64,000 nt of DNA from Octopus sinensis (lineage: Eukaryota), in the NCBI RefSeq assembly GCF_006345805.1, contig NC_043002.1, positions 16,492,001 to 16,556,000 of the forward strand. Reading direction: 5' to 3'. Shown here piece after piece: positions 42,097-55,930 of this stretch (position 1 is the first letter of the stretch; each line of letters opens with the position of its first letter). Both the position numbers and the translations under genes were made by a program. Below the pieces are notes generated by a model, which had not been told where the DNA came from, made no database searches, and saw only the letters and a list, made by a program, of their open reading frames with translations.

Positions 42097-42889
42097 CCTC
42101 CTTCCCTTCTTTCCTGAGCGTCAAATAATACTTTAATTGTTCCACGTCCTCGCGTTGCTGTGTTTTTTTCTGTGTTTTCTTTTTTGAGAGTTGAAATAAA
42201 CCAGTGTGTTTGTGTGCCTGTTTATATGTGAACGATGATTTATATTTATGTTTAGGTTGGTGTTTATGTTTGCCTCCTAAACTATTTTGCTGCTATTTTC
42301 TTTACTCTTCCTTACAAGGCGGTCCAGGAAACGATGATCGACAGCAGACGTAAGAAACATGGAAAATATATTGTGGTGTATTCGTTTCAATAACATAAGG
42401 TGTTGGTATTTTTCCACAACATTTTTTGAAGTACAATACTTGAAAGCAGTAAAAGAATATATAGAAATCCATAGTAAACTAAAAGCCGTGTTTTGCCATT
42501 CCGGGTTTTTGTCCCTGTTTCAAGTATTTTATAGCAGATAACATTCGTAATATACGAAGTAAGTTGTATTATGAAGATTTTACAATCATGATGTTTTCAC
42601 GACAAAAATTTAAAAGACGATAATTTATTTCAGATTTTTCTTAACATCCGGTGTGCAATAAAAGATACATAATCACCCGCACGAATTTTAAATTTTGATG
42701 TATGTAGTACAGAAAATTGAAGCACATGCATTGTCCTAGAGTTCTTTAATTACTTACGTTTTACTAACACTTTCTACATGGATCAGAAATCATACATCAA
42801 TCTAAACATAGATCTCGAGTAAATAGTGTTACGTGATGGAACAAAATTCATAAGCAAAATGCCCAATGCGCTATGAACATAGATTACGT

Positions 42890-43262
42890 GATAGGTCCGC
42901 CAGATCCTTCATCGTCTTCAAGGGACCTTCTCCCGCTTTTGAAATACCCGTGGCACTTGATACATAGCGTAAGACCCCTTGCCTCATCACGATAAGCTTG
43001 CCAAAGCATGCTCAATGTCTGTGTAGCAGAACTCCCATGTTTAACGCAAAATTCCACGTTGGTTCTTTGTTCCGTCTTCGTGTCTGTGACAAATATCGTA
43101 CAGTACAGTATATACATGCTCAAAGAAACACACATTTCACAATTTGCGAAGTAAACACAGCTTTTTCACTCGTACACAGCCCCACGAATTGCGCATGCTA
43201 CCAGGTGGTAACATCGATTGGTGTGCTGCAGAAATAGTCTGGGAAGTTTATAACACCTCGTA
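42890..43262 (-). mobile_element. Mariner 5' end with transposase N-terminus
   Basis: EQRTNVEFCVKHGSSATQTLSMLWQAY...FKSGRRSLEDDEGSGGP; terminus tacgaggtgttataaacttccc on the minus strand. Confidence 0.85.
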
Positions 43263-43459
43263 GTTGCATGATGTGTTCATTTCAGAGTTTTATGGTTATA
43301 GTTTACAATTTCCGTCTTCCTATGCTCTATTTTGTCTATTTCCTTGCCTAGTTATGTCCTGACGGTGTGTATTTTTCTTGATTTTCTTCTTCTTTGTGCG
43401 GGTTCCAATTTTAACCTATTAGTGATAGTCTTTCTTTTTATGCTATTAAGTTCTGTTTG

Positions 43460-44000
43460 AACACTTACTTTAATTTCTGTGTTTGGAGAGGGATTTTGTG
43501 TAGCTTTCTTCGGGTGTGGAGAGGTGAAGGGATTTCTCTATCACGACACTCACTGATAACTATAAAGCATACATCGGTGTTTACGGTAAGGTTATCGATG
43601 CCGTTCAAGATTTATTACCCATATACTGGGAGAATGATTTTAAATTTGTTATAGTATGTTATTGTTGGCCACTGGCCTATACGCTTGGTGTCATAATAAT
43701 TACTGCGTAGTCAAACGAAACGGTTAGATTTGCTTGACCAATGATCTTTGGCTTGCTAGAAATTTGGATGAGAACCGATGTCCCTAAAACATATGGGGTT
43801 TGGAAAGTACGTTGGAGTAGGTTGTTTATGCAGCAAGAAATGTATATTTATTACGTACTTAAATCATTTCTGTCTATTTGAAAGCCAATATATGTCGAAT
43901 ACCATAAACGTCAGCTACTCACCGTTGATGTTTGTAACAACATTACTGCGTTGCCTATGATTTGAAACATCGTGGCTCTTTGGTTAGTTTAATGGAGATG
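43460..44000 (-). pseudogene. Possible highly degraded Penelope-like RT-linker / GIY-YIG region
   Basis: By-eye fragments such as ..IQISSKPKIIGQ.. and ..TASITLP..SLHLSTPEESYTKSLSKH loosely resemble PLE linker/endonuclease segments; there are many stops. Confidence 0.25.
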
Positions 44001-44859
44001 TACGCAATTTTCCTTTATTTTCATTATTTTTCTTCTTGTTTTTTATTGTATGTCTGGATTACTATCTTAATGTCTTACAGAAATTTGCGTGATTTGTTTG
44101 TCGATTCCATGTACAATAAACAGGATTTTATCCGTGTAAGAATCACTTCCTGAACCTGATATGTGTCAGCGGATAAGTAAGACGACTACGATATTGCGTG
44201 GTGTTTGTTCTATTTGTAGATGAGTTTTGTTCGTTTTAGAAATGTTCTTTTGGAACAATAATACTTTATCTTTTCATATTTATTCGATGCTGTTATGTGA
44301 ATGCTTTCATATGAAATATTTGAACAGTGGATTTTTGAGATGATAAAATTATAATTTAATATGTTGTAATTATGTTTACATTATGCAAGTATCTATGTTC
44401 TGTTTAATGTGGTTAGAGTTTCACATGGTAGTTCGGCCATACTTACATTTGAATATTGAAATCAATTTTAAAATATCAGGTAGATTCTGCTAATGATAAG
44501 GTGGTAGGATAAATGTTAAGGAAACTAGATTTCTATGCAACTATAGAATGAGAAGCTACACAAGTATGTTATCTTTTTTTTATTTTAAACAGTTATGGAA
44601 TATCTAATTATTTTTGCATATATATAATCTTATTAAAAAATATTATTAGTTTTTCAATAGATATTGTCGTCTGTAAAGCTGTCGAATTAGATATCATTTA
44701 AATGTTACCTAGCAAATTAAAATGTATTTTGTGAGCAACTTTGTTTTATTAAGTCTCGGGGGAACGCCAATGCTTGTATAAAGCCAAAGAGATTTGAAAA
44801 GATGTTCAGTGACAATCGTTATCTCTCAATGATACGTAATATTAGACATATTTTATATC

Positions 44860-45060
44860 AAAGAACTCGTAAATGTCGTCGACTCGCGTACCGAAAACGA
44901 CTTTCGAGTCAGATTCCAAAAGTGGCAGGAACAGTGGAACGGGCGTAAAAATGCAATGTCCAAAGAGGTTCTACAATTAAAATTACATGCCATAGCCGAA
45001 ACAGTTCTATATTTTTTCCGTCTATTAACTTTCATCTACACGGAATATTTCACACCTACC
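44860..45060 (+). mobile_element. Mariner 3' end remnant
   Basis: ENDFRVRFQKWQEQWN resembles the mariner C-terminal FQKWQERW motif. Confidence 0.5.
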
Positions 45061-47735
45061 AAGTTATAAAAACATCATCTGCCAAAAAATCTAAGCAAGT
45101 GGGTGCGAATTAAAGATAAATACTCACATGCATGCATACATACATGGCAAAGCATTTGAAACAATTGTTTATCCAGTGCTTTTTAAATATGGCCAATAGA
45201 TATTCGATTTTTTTATGCCTTTTGTGTGCCTATCATTAATAAATCTAATATATTCTCCCGTAACTTTACCAACATGTACTGGGTTAATGTATACTTTGAC
45301 TGTAACAATTCTTCAGCGCTTAAACAAGGGACACCACTACTTCATAGTGACAAATTTCCCTACTCTATCATTGCGTTGAGATTCCATAAAACTCGTTAAA
45401 ACAAAGAAACGGAGTTTCGGATATTTCTTCAACATATTCATATGTGATTAGTGACCGATAAGGCCTTCCCCTTTATACAAGGTGTAACTTCTCCAAGATA
45501 TGAATTAAATTTTGTAAATTTACCCAATGAGTTGCAGGTGATTTATAATAATGTTAAAACATTTCAAATATTCAAATGTATTTAAGTAGTAGTTAATTAA
45601 ATATTACCAGACAACGTTTTCCTAAGGAAGCTATTGTAATACGGTGATGTATCTCTGTGTGTTAGCAAAATGGATTAAATTGATCATCGCACGTGGTTTT
45701 CTATCTCTAATGCAAATGAAAATATGAGAGTCAATGAGAATATTTTCAGAACATTACCATAACTATTGCTTTAAATCAAGGGACTCATTGAACTAGTTTT
45801 CTTACTGACTAACTATTATGGGATCCGACAATGCTCAAGTAATTACTAAATTTGATTCAGTTCAGCACAATTATTTCACCTTTAGTTGGTACGCATCTCG
45901 AGGCATCAGGCTATGATGCAGTGTTCATTTTCATAAGTTATTTTCATGAGCTCCTAACGATTGCTACTTCCGTTTCTTTCAATTTGGACACCGTTCTGTA
46001 ATTCTATCTACCCAAAGTATTTCCATTAAAATACTTATATCTCGCAGATGAGTAAGCTGCTTTGCATAATAATTTTATTATCGTTTTTACTGAATTCGAA
46101 AACTAAAGACATACATGGGTTTTGTAAAAGAATATTTATCCGAATTTGATCCTAGGTATTTCATATTTGAGGATAATCGTCTACAGCTTATTATATATAA
46201 ACAAATCATGGTTTTGCTTGATATGTCCTCTATAGAATCTAACATTGAAACGAACCTGAAGTATACCTCCACAAAACTAAATCAGTAATCTACCCTTTTA
46301 TCTCTCGGATAAAATCATCGTGAGCACACCTCTGATTATCCGATAATAATTTCCTGTTCTCGAAACAGATTTACCACTTGAAAGAAATAGATCATTAAAA
46401 TGGAAGTAGTTATAACTATGATATATCGTTAAATATTCCATCAGAAGATATAGTAAGGAAACATTCGAGAGATGCTGCTCATAAACGTTTATTTTATGTG
46501 AAGGTATAAGATGATAGTTGTGAATTTTCAGCAATTTATATTATATTCTGAACGTGAGAAAACAAGTCAATTTTATGGTAGGTACAAAGTAGGCAATAAT
46601 TCCATCTTGTGTGGATAAATGGCTCTTAGTACTCTGTAAGATTCTTTGCCTAATGCGTTAATTACTTTTGCTATTATCGACCACACAGTGAAAGATTTAA
46701 TTAACAGTACAAACATGGATACGATTATCTTATTTGATGTTACAAAGAGGAGACAGTCATTAAAATGCTTAAGGATAACATTTCGTAGGCTTGAGAAGAA
46801 CCTATTTATCACAGTAATTGTGTATTAGACGCTGAAATACAATATTCTAAACCATTCTTCAAGAAGGATCCACTGACGTTTGGGTATAGAGTTTGCAACA
46901 TGATATTACTTGGAAGAATTTTATTTCTAAAATATTTTTCAGTAATAATTCCTATTTGGTCGTCACGACATATTTCTCGCCGCCTTAATATAGGAAAACA
47001 TATTCGGTTTTAATGATGGTAGTGGAGTGTAGGTTAAAAAACATGCCTGTGTCCTGTTGCATCGTCAACTAAGAACACTAAAAAATCATTTACATCCCCA
47101 TAAAACTGAACTCATTTCTATATTGAAACAGCATAGAGTACGCTTGTTGATTCGCATAAACATTTTTCGGGCTAGAGTGAAAACGTGTACTCCAGTCTGG
47201 CGTGATAAATACTGCTGCCTCGGCAATAATACCGTGAAAAAAACTATACTAATAAAAGACACGTGTGAAAAAATAGACAATGAATGACGGATACGGTTGT
47301 GTGATTATTCGCATCTTCATCTAGCAAAAAATAATCACCCTACGATGCAGTGATGTCATTCGTAATTTGTCTGAGAGGAGAATATTCTCCCGGAACTAAT
47401 ACCGCAGTGGAAGGCCTTCTCGCGTCCGAATACCCTCGCTCGTAAAATTAAGAATAGACGGACACATGCACACACACACATTCATACACGCTTATATATG
47501 TATACACATGTCTGTGTTCAGTGCAATATATGTATATATATATATATATATATAATATATATATATATATATAAATATACATATATATATATATATATAT
47601 ATAATATATATATATATTATATATATATATATATAATATACATACACATACACAAACATATATGTATATATATACATATATATAAGAAATACTGAATTCT
47701 AAATCTCTCGTAGAGACATGTACGGTGGTGGGGCG

Positions 47736-48150
47736 ATAGAATGGTTGTATACTGCCAATCTAACACGAACGTGACAGTAGGGGGGTACACCACCGCTGTA
47801 TAGCCCTAGGAAGCATCGAACGCCTCCTGATGGCTTTGACACATTTTTCCCTGTGTCCATATATACATTTACGAAGGGGAGACAAACGGCCGCCGACGCT
47901 GCATCTAGGGACACGTGTTTCAGGATCATTGTCTAGGCCGATGAAGGACAATGATCCTGAAACACGTGTCCCTAGATGCAGCTTCAGCGGCCGGGGGTGT
48001 TTGTCTCCCCTTCGTAAATGTATATAAGGACACAGGGAAAAATGTGTCAAAGCCATCAGGAGGCGTTCGATGCTTCCTAGGGCTATACAGCGGTGGGGTG
48101 CCCCCCTACTGTCACGTTCGTGTTAGATTGACAGTATACAACCATTCTAT
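47736..48150. mobile_element. Inverted duplication (arms ~200 bp, 13-nt spacer 47934-47946) with a central hammerhead
   Basis: atagaatggttgtatactg...gtttcaggatcattgtc and gacaatgatcctgaaac...cagtatacaaccattctat are reverse complements with several differences; the right end joins (TA)n. Confidence 0.9.
47932..47976 (+). ncRNA. Minimal type I hammerhead motif (U4C core)
   Basis: ucuagg CCGAUGA agga caauga uccu GAAAC acgu GUC ccuaga: stem I 6 bp, stem II 4 bp, palindromic stem III ACACGUGU, predicted cut after 47970. Confidence 0.75.
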
Positions 48151-48162
48151 ACATATATACAT

Positions 48163-48229
<67 letters not shown>

Positions 48230-49374
48230 ATATATATATATATATACATATATGTATATATATTTTCCCAATATTTTTCCTTGTAAACTGTTTTTAACAT
48301 GTTCTTATAATTATCAAAGCATGTTTATATGTATTGTAATATTTTGTGACAACCAGTACCTAACACAACAAAGCTTTTACATGTTACTTTTGACAATCTT
48401 TTTCTAAAAAGGTGAAACCTGTCAAGTGAATAAACATCTTTTAAAATTGCATTTTCAAACCTTCTTTCATATATATATATATGTTCAAGGAAGAAGACGA
48501 AGTAAAACAAACCAAAGTGATTGTATTTGCTTTACAGTCAGGGAGAGGGAAGAAACGGATGGAAAAAAATATTTCCTCATCTGAAAGAATAGAGAAAAAA
48601 TAAAGACGAAGAAACGAATGCACGTGTTTCTTCCGGTCACGTAAAGCTTATGCATTAGAAAACTTACTCTAAAATTGTATTATTTATGTAAATGCTAGCT
48701 AAGCTTTGGCAATATGGTACCGAAAAGAATACACACACATACAGGGTTTATTGAGGAGGGGAGGTGGCGAATGAGGTAGCCAGATAGACAAATATATAGA
48801 TGGAAAGATAGATAGATCGTTAGATATATAGATTGATACATGGAGGGACAGATATATAGTTTGTTAGATAGATAGATAGGTACATACATACACACATACA
48901 TACATACATACATACATAAAGGGAAGGAGCGATGGACACATGCATAATACATACATACATACATAATACATACATACGTACATACAAACATGGCTAGCTG
49001 TAGCTTCGTTATATGTTCTTCAACAGTATTAATCTTTACGTACACGTTTTTCACCTACCATCACACATCGATGTAAATTTAGTATCGCAACATTCATTCA
49101 TGGAAGGTTTCTTGCCCAATTTATGCTTTCTAATCAGCAAAGCTACAACAAATGTACTATTAAAGTTGTCTGAGACAATTGTCCACTCAGCATATTCTAT
49201 TTCAGCAATCTCGGTTTTGCAGACAGTAAATTCTAAACCATATTCTTAATCAGAAAATTTCTATTGATATTCTTGTTCTCTTATTTCACGTTCATAGATT
49301 CGATAACTTGATATGCCGGGCAATGTTTTATTATAAATTCAGATATGTATAAAAGTGTGTATGCATATCTTTGA

Positions 49375-49443
<69 letters not shown>

Positions 49444-49586
49444 GGTGTGGTGTTGTGTGTGTGTGTGGTGTTGTGTGTGTATGTGTGTGTATGTGTCCTG
49501 TGTGTGTGTGTATACATACATATAATATATGTATATAGATATATATATACATTATAATATATGTATATATATGTATGTATATATAG

Positions 49587-49635
<49 letters not shown>

Positions 49636-50871
49636 ATGTATCTATATATCTATATGTGTATGTAAATATATTTGTGTATATGTGTGTATCTATATGTAGT
49701 CATATATATATATTATATATATATATATACATGCGCGCGCACATATGCTTTTACACTGTATGTGCCTGCGTATAAGTGTATACTGCTATGTAGTTAACAA
49801 TATATTTATTTACGTGTACTTATACATATGTCTGTTTGCGCATGTACGCACGTCTACAGTGTGTGTGCGCGTGTGTGTGTTCTGGCGTGTGTGAATATAT
49901 AAATGAACACACACATATATATATATATACATAGTATCGTGTAAATAGCTTTCTGACACAGAAACTGCCATTATCACTGACCAGCTTCAATATTTCATTT
50001 CTTAGCGTGGACATCCGCCGTATATCCAATATAACAATTGCAATTTCCTGTTAAATAATACAAACCTTCCTTTTCCAGTAATGCGTCTCACTATAATTGT
50101 GAGAAATCACGTTTAAATTTAGATTTAAGCAAAGCTGTTAACATGTTTAAATGCCCTTTGTAAATCATACATAATGGTGAAACATTGAATCAACGATTCC
50201 ATTGTACTTAATAATAAATGTTTCCAAAATTCCGTGATTTTTCTTTATTGTGACTTTGGTTCTGCACTGTTAAATTGGATGAAATTTATTAAGCAATGAA
50301 GCTTTCTCATATACACTTGAACCTACACACACTCTCGCACCCACACACACACAACTAATACAGCGCAATTATATATACATATATATATAATAGTATTTAT
50401 ACATGTTTGTGCATGTATTTGCATGTACTTAAGAATGTTTGCAGGTGTGCATGTATGTATGCATATACTTGATGGAAAGATTAAGCTGTAAGAAACTCAT
50501 TTGCTTTGAAATGTGACGTCAAAATACTTGAGGAATATGTTAAGTTCCGTTTTAAAGTATTCTAATATCTAGAAAAGATTGACACAATAGCATGAACAAC
50601 TAAGAAGGTAAAAGCGCTGTGGGTGATGCTGTTATATTCCATCACCATTAATTTTCTGCGAAGAAAACCTAAATGTACCGTTCCAATCAATGACATACCT
50701 CCATTTTGTAGTCTACACAAATAAACTCATGAAAATTCTGACGAAACAGCAATCATTTTACAAGAGGTTGGCATTTGTAAGACACAGTGTGCTCATAAAT
50801 AATTGCGTATACTTAAATTTATATAGATTGTGCATCATATCAAATTATGAGTCGTCATGTTTTATATATAT

Positions 50872-51385
50872 ACTAGCAGTATCGCCCGGCGTTGCTCGGG
50901 TTTGTAAGGGAAATAACTATATAAGCATTTTTAGAGAGTTACTTCCTTTATAGATGCCAATTTGGGCTTTCTTAGCCATTTCTGTTTTGGTGTCTCAAGC
51001 CATGAAGTCGTTGTTCTAAAAGACGCTGGTCTCCTTGACAACGCTTTACGACGTTGATTTCCTTAAACTCCCTTCCCCACAGCTTCACGAGGGAGAGAAG
51101 AAGGGGGAGAAGCAAACACAGGTGCAGGTGTTTGAGCGTGACGCCAACTCCGCCGCCATCGACACACGAAAAATTATGCATTAAAATGGAATAAAAAATT
51201 GATGTTAAATTATTTTTAAAATCGTAGACTCATCGTAGACGCGCGCTAATAGCCAGACGGGCTCGATATTAATCCGACTATAAGATACCCGAATTTGTTA
51301 AACTGCCCGCAAAATGTGGGAGGAGTTAGGAATCTAAATCGTAGGAGACAGACACTCACACAACTACAGTTTTATATATACAGAT
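50872..51385 (+). mobile_element. Non-autonomous Helitron-like element
   Basis: 5' actagcagtatcgcccggcgttgctcggg (subterminal cccgg..cggg hairpin), 3' cagttttatatatacagat, inserted in TA-rich DNA. The end pattern is typical of small Helitron-like elements (from recall). Confidence 0.6.
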
Positions 51386-51405
51386 ATATATATATATATA
51401 CATAT

Positions 51406-51626
51406 TACAGTTCTATATTTAAGAGATGAGGTTTTATGTACATTATGTACATTCGTTACATTTGAGAGATATTTGCCCTCATCTTTTTTTGTTAACACAA
51501 CGTTTTAGGTATACCCAGGTTCGAAATTTCCCCCGAGACACCTTTTGAAAGCGTGAGGGTATATTAGCCGGAAAGTTGTGTTAACAGCGAACAAGTTAGG
51601 GACAAATATCTTTCAAATGTAAATAA

Positions 51627-51628
<2 letters not shown>
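51406..51628. repeat. Degenerate inverted duplication with hammerhead-like relic
   Basis: tacatttgagagatatttgccctcat..gttaacacaacgtttt (51457-51505) versus gaaagttgtgttaac..agggacaaatatctttcaaatgta (51571-51621). The centre gcgtgagggtatattagccggaaagttg looks like a decayed core. Confidence 0.6.
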
Positions 51629-51665
<37 letters not shown>

Positions 51666-51780
51666 GCATACACGCATTATATCTGAGTCCATAAGAGGAT
51701 AGATATATAAATGTATATGATATGATATGTTGTGATATATCCAAATAGCACAGAGTTTGTTTTTATCTGTTATTGACAAT

Positions 51781-51966
51781 GCAACGACCAAACGCCACAC
51801 ACCTTCCTTCCAAGCACTGCTATAAACAGCAAAGTAGTTTAGAATGTTAAAATTCAGTAGGCTTGCAGAGCAGAGGCTGGTCAATCTGTGCCACGCGGCT
51901 TTATTGTTAGTGCTTCAGCTTCGATATTATGGCAACAGTCCAGATACTTATTGATCAGACAATGTA
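51781..51966 (-). mobile_element. Mariner 5' terminal fragment (family of 2249-3130)
   Basis: Minus strand tacattgtctgatcaataagtatctggactgttgccataata...agcagtgcttggaaggaagg matches both arms at 2249-3130. Confidence 0.85.
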
Positions 51967-52188
51967 TATGTATGTATGTATGTATACATTATATATATAT
52001 ATATATATAGATATATATATAATATATACACACACACAAAATTTAGAGGATTGACCACTAAAAGTGACAGCCCGCATAATAGATAAGACTTCAAAAATCG
52101 CCATTTTCAACGGAGAATGTGTTCTCAAGAAACATATATATGTGTATATATATATATATAGAAATATATGTATATATATATATATATC

Positions 52189-52231
<43 letters not shown>

Positions 52232-52260
52232 ATGTATATATATATATATATATATATACA

Positions 52261-52657
52261 GGAGTGGCTGTGTGGTAAGTAGCTTGTTTACCAACCACAT
52301 GGTTCCGGGTTCAGTCCCACAGCGTGGCACCTTGGGCAAGCGTCTTCTGCTATATCCTCGGGCCGACCAAAGCATTGTGAGTGGATTTGGTAGACGGAAA
52401 CAGAAAGAAGCCTGTCGTATATATGTATATATATATATATGTGCGTGTGTGTGTTTGTGTATCTGTGTTTGTCCCTGTAGCATTGCTTGTCCCTGTTACT
52501 TAGCGGTTCGGCAAAAGAGACCGATAGAATAAGTACTGGGCTTACAAAAGAATAAGTCCCGGGGTTGAGTTGCTCGATTAAAGGCGGTGCTCCAGCATGG
52601 CCGCAATCAAATGACTGAAACAAGTAAAAGAGTAAAAGAGTAAAAGAGTAAAAGAGT
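52261..52657 (+). mobile_element. tRNA-derived SINE family 1, full length
   Basis: Same structure as 21221-21677, tail (gtaaaaga)4, inserted within (TA)n. Confidence 0.92.
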
Positions 52658-52678
52658 ATATAATATATATATATATAT

Positions 52679-52735
<57 letters not shown>

Positions 52736-53277
52736 TATATATATTTATGCGTTTGTGTTTGTATGTATGTATGTATGTATACTTTAGGCTGCATGGGTGT
52801 ATAAGCTTCTTACTTGAACATGAATATGTCTAACTCTTCTTGTATTTTCCATGATGCCTGGTTTTGCTAGATGCGAAACGAATCCCTTCTGTCCATAACC
52901 ATGTCTTTACATTTATGGCATTTCTTGATTCCTGAGATTATCTTTAAAAGGCACTAGCCACATTACTATTTGTTAAATTCTGATACATTTTCTAGCAAGT
53001 TAGACACCTTCAATACTTAAAGAATATGTGTTGTATATTATCTTATAGGGCTGTAGTCTTCCGTGTTGAAATAGTTGATTATATGTATGTTCCGTGGCAT
53101 AGGTATGATGCGTTTGCTCATATCTATTAATCTATTTAAATAGGACTGCGTAAACTATATGATAGGACCCGTAGAGTCTCCTGTCGCCGATGAGTAAATC
53201 CCCGGAGTGTCGGCCACTTAACTTTAATTGGGATTGGTACTGGAAGCGTTTCCTATTGTCTTCTTAAGCTAACACAC

Positions 53278-53333
<56 letters not shown>

Positions 53334-53566
53334 TATATATATATATAATATATTTGTTGAAATGGAAAGATGAATTTTCTTGTTACAGATTATTCAAATG
53401 TTTAACCGATACCTGGGTAGCAAAAATCACAGCAGAAAAAACACGGTTGGAGATAAGACCATATGGTGTTGCAACCGTGCGTTGGTGCGGATAATTGAAG
53501 TTTAATATAATTAGTGAATGGAAGAAATGGAGTTGAACGAAGATTGTACAGAATTCCTTTTATTAC

Positions 53567-53648
53567 ATTCTACACATGTTTCAAAGGCCACAATTTTCCA
53601 AATTCTGATTAAATAAGGATACCATATTGCAGCTTTCTCTTCAGGAAA
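53567..53648 (-). ncRNA. Type I hammerhead motif (left arm)
   Basis: Reverse complement of 53808-53889 with CUGAAGA, GAAAC and GUA intact. Confidence 0.7.
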
Positions 53649-53807
53649 AACCAGGAATTACGTTGTCAGAACAAAGCAAACAGAGGCGCAGCAAAGCAAT
53701 TCGAACAAGGACGCTCCTTAAGAGCCCATGGGTAAACTGTTTATCCTTGTTCGAATTGCTTTGCTGCGCCTCTGTTTTGTTTTGTTCTGACAACGTAATT
53801 CCTGGTT

Positions 53808-53889
53808 GTTCCTGAAGAGAAAGCTGCAATATGGTATCCTTATTTAATCAGAATTTGGAAAATTGTGGCCTTTGAAACATGTGTAGAAT
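53808..53889 (+). ncRNA. Type I hammerhead motif (right arm)
   Basis: guuc CUGAAGA g aaagcugcaa...uuguggccuuu GAAAC augu GUA gaau. Stem I is short, stem II imperfect, and stem III contains the ACAUGU palindrome. Confidence 0.7.
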
Positions 53890-54104
53890 GTATAAAAGGA
53901 ATTCTGTACAATCTTCGTTCAACTCCATTTCTTCCATTCACTAATTATTATATATATATATATATATATATATTAATATATTATATATATATATATATAT
54001 GTGTGTGTGTATGTGTGTGTGTGTGTATGTGTTTGTGTGTGTGTGTTTGTGTGTGTGTGTACAAATATACACAGAAAAATACATAAATAAAGATATATGT
54101 ATAT

Positions 54105-54340
<236 letters not shown>

Positions 54341-55797
54341 GTATTTATATATCTGCAACTATGTGTTAACACAAGTTTTTGTATATACTCCACATGAAAA
54401 TATAATTGTCTTATGCTTTCGGTATATAGAAAGAAAAATGATATTAATATGCTTGTGATTTTCTCTAGAGAGATTGCATAGTTCAAGCAATCATGGATCC
54501 ATTGCATTGTATTTAAGGCAACTCTATATGTTTGTGCTGTTGAAATAGAAACCACTAATCACTCTCACCTTTATCGCTGAGTTTGTATGCTGTTGGTATG
54601 TATATATAGGCATAGATAAGCATGTGTACGTGTGTATGTTTGTGCATGTGTATGTTTGTGTATATGTATATTTGTAAGTGCATGTATAGATACGTGTGTA
54701 TGTATGTAGGGATGTGTTCGCTTATATATGTATTTCTATGTGGGTGTATACTTAATTTCTTATGTACGTATATGTTTCATATGAACAGATATTTTTATAA
54801 TTGTTTTAGCTCTTTCATTTTATGTAGAGAAATGTAATTTAAAATAATATTATCTTAGCTATCAAATTGTTTCCCACACAAACTGGATCTTCATATATGA
54901 GATTTTAGGAATTAAGCATCAGTATGGGCATAATAATTATTTCTTTGGCGACGTGTTTCCTTCTAATTCAAATGGGAAAAATAAGTAAAATAAGCAGAAA
55001 AACAATTGTTTGTGAAGCGAAGGTGGAGAAATATTAATTTTCATTGAGAACACGACTCAGTTGAGATAAAAACATCAGTAACAGATAAAGAACAACCTAC
55101 TGTTTTCTTTAGTTTCTGTAGATTATTATACTTAAGTGAAATTCAGTGTAACTTCAGCGAGAGTCGGTAATTTCCATATCGCTTCTTGTTCCTAACATCA
55201 AATTCGCACCTATATAATTGAAAGATGCGTTGACTACTTTCCAAGTTGGATGGCATTTAGTTTGTGAACAATGGATACATATTACGACTGCGACAAAAAG
55301 AAAAGTTAATTTCAACATATGGAAAATAATTGAATTTAATCATGCACTTTTCCACCCTATGCAATGTTGAGATTGACAATGGCATCGACGGATATTGCAA
55401 AGGTGCAATTTTCGAGATACTTTCTTCAATTATCTTCTGATGTGATGCATTTTAAATTACTTGATCCTATAGAGATTGAAAAGTGCACGGCATTTATTTG
55501 TATGTTCTTTCTGTTTTATCATCAACAGAAACAGTTTGATATTTGCGTTCCAAGAAATGTTGATTTACGCTAACACAAAATGTAATGATAAAAGAACTGA
55601 AACATTTAAGTGAATGTTAGGCGTAGCAGTGTTGTATAGAAATTGGCGCATTATATTTTGTATTAGCTAACCGTGTATAATGCAAATAAAATGTCAGTCT
55701 AAAATAATACAAGTGCTAATTATTTCTACGAACAGTACAAGGAAAGCACTTCAGCGTTGTAGAAGGAATGAAATGTATCATTACTAAAATGAAAAAA

Positions 55798-55888
55798 ATC
55801 CTGTTTGTTCTTGCAGTCACTGTCGTACGCTCGAATATATATATATATATATAATATATATATATATATATAGACATATGTGTATGTA

Positions 55889-55930
<42 letters not shown>

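Larger units (their letters stand above)
53507..53948. mobile_element. Palindrome (arms ~205 bp, 32-nt spacer 53712-53743) with a hammerhead in each arm
   Basis: ataattagtgaatggaag...cgaacaagga and tccttgttcg...cttccattcactaattat are near-identical reverse complements; the right end joins (TA)n. Confidence 0.9.

Noticed and set aside
48605-48665. Minus-strand ctaatgc...gaaacacgtgca hammerhead-like order
   Set aside because: Three core positions are mutated and there is no NUH site.
49070-49240. Stop-free frames on both strands with a minus-strand donor
   Set aside because: No recognisable domain and a weak acceptor; not enough to call an exon.
49960-50052. EGF-like GNCNCYIGYT after a minus-strand acceptor
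   Set aside because: A stop follows within a few codons and the cysteine spacing is incomplete.
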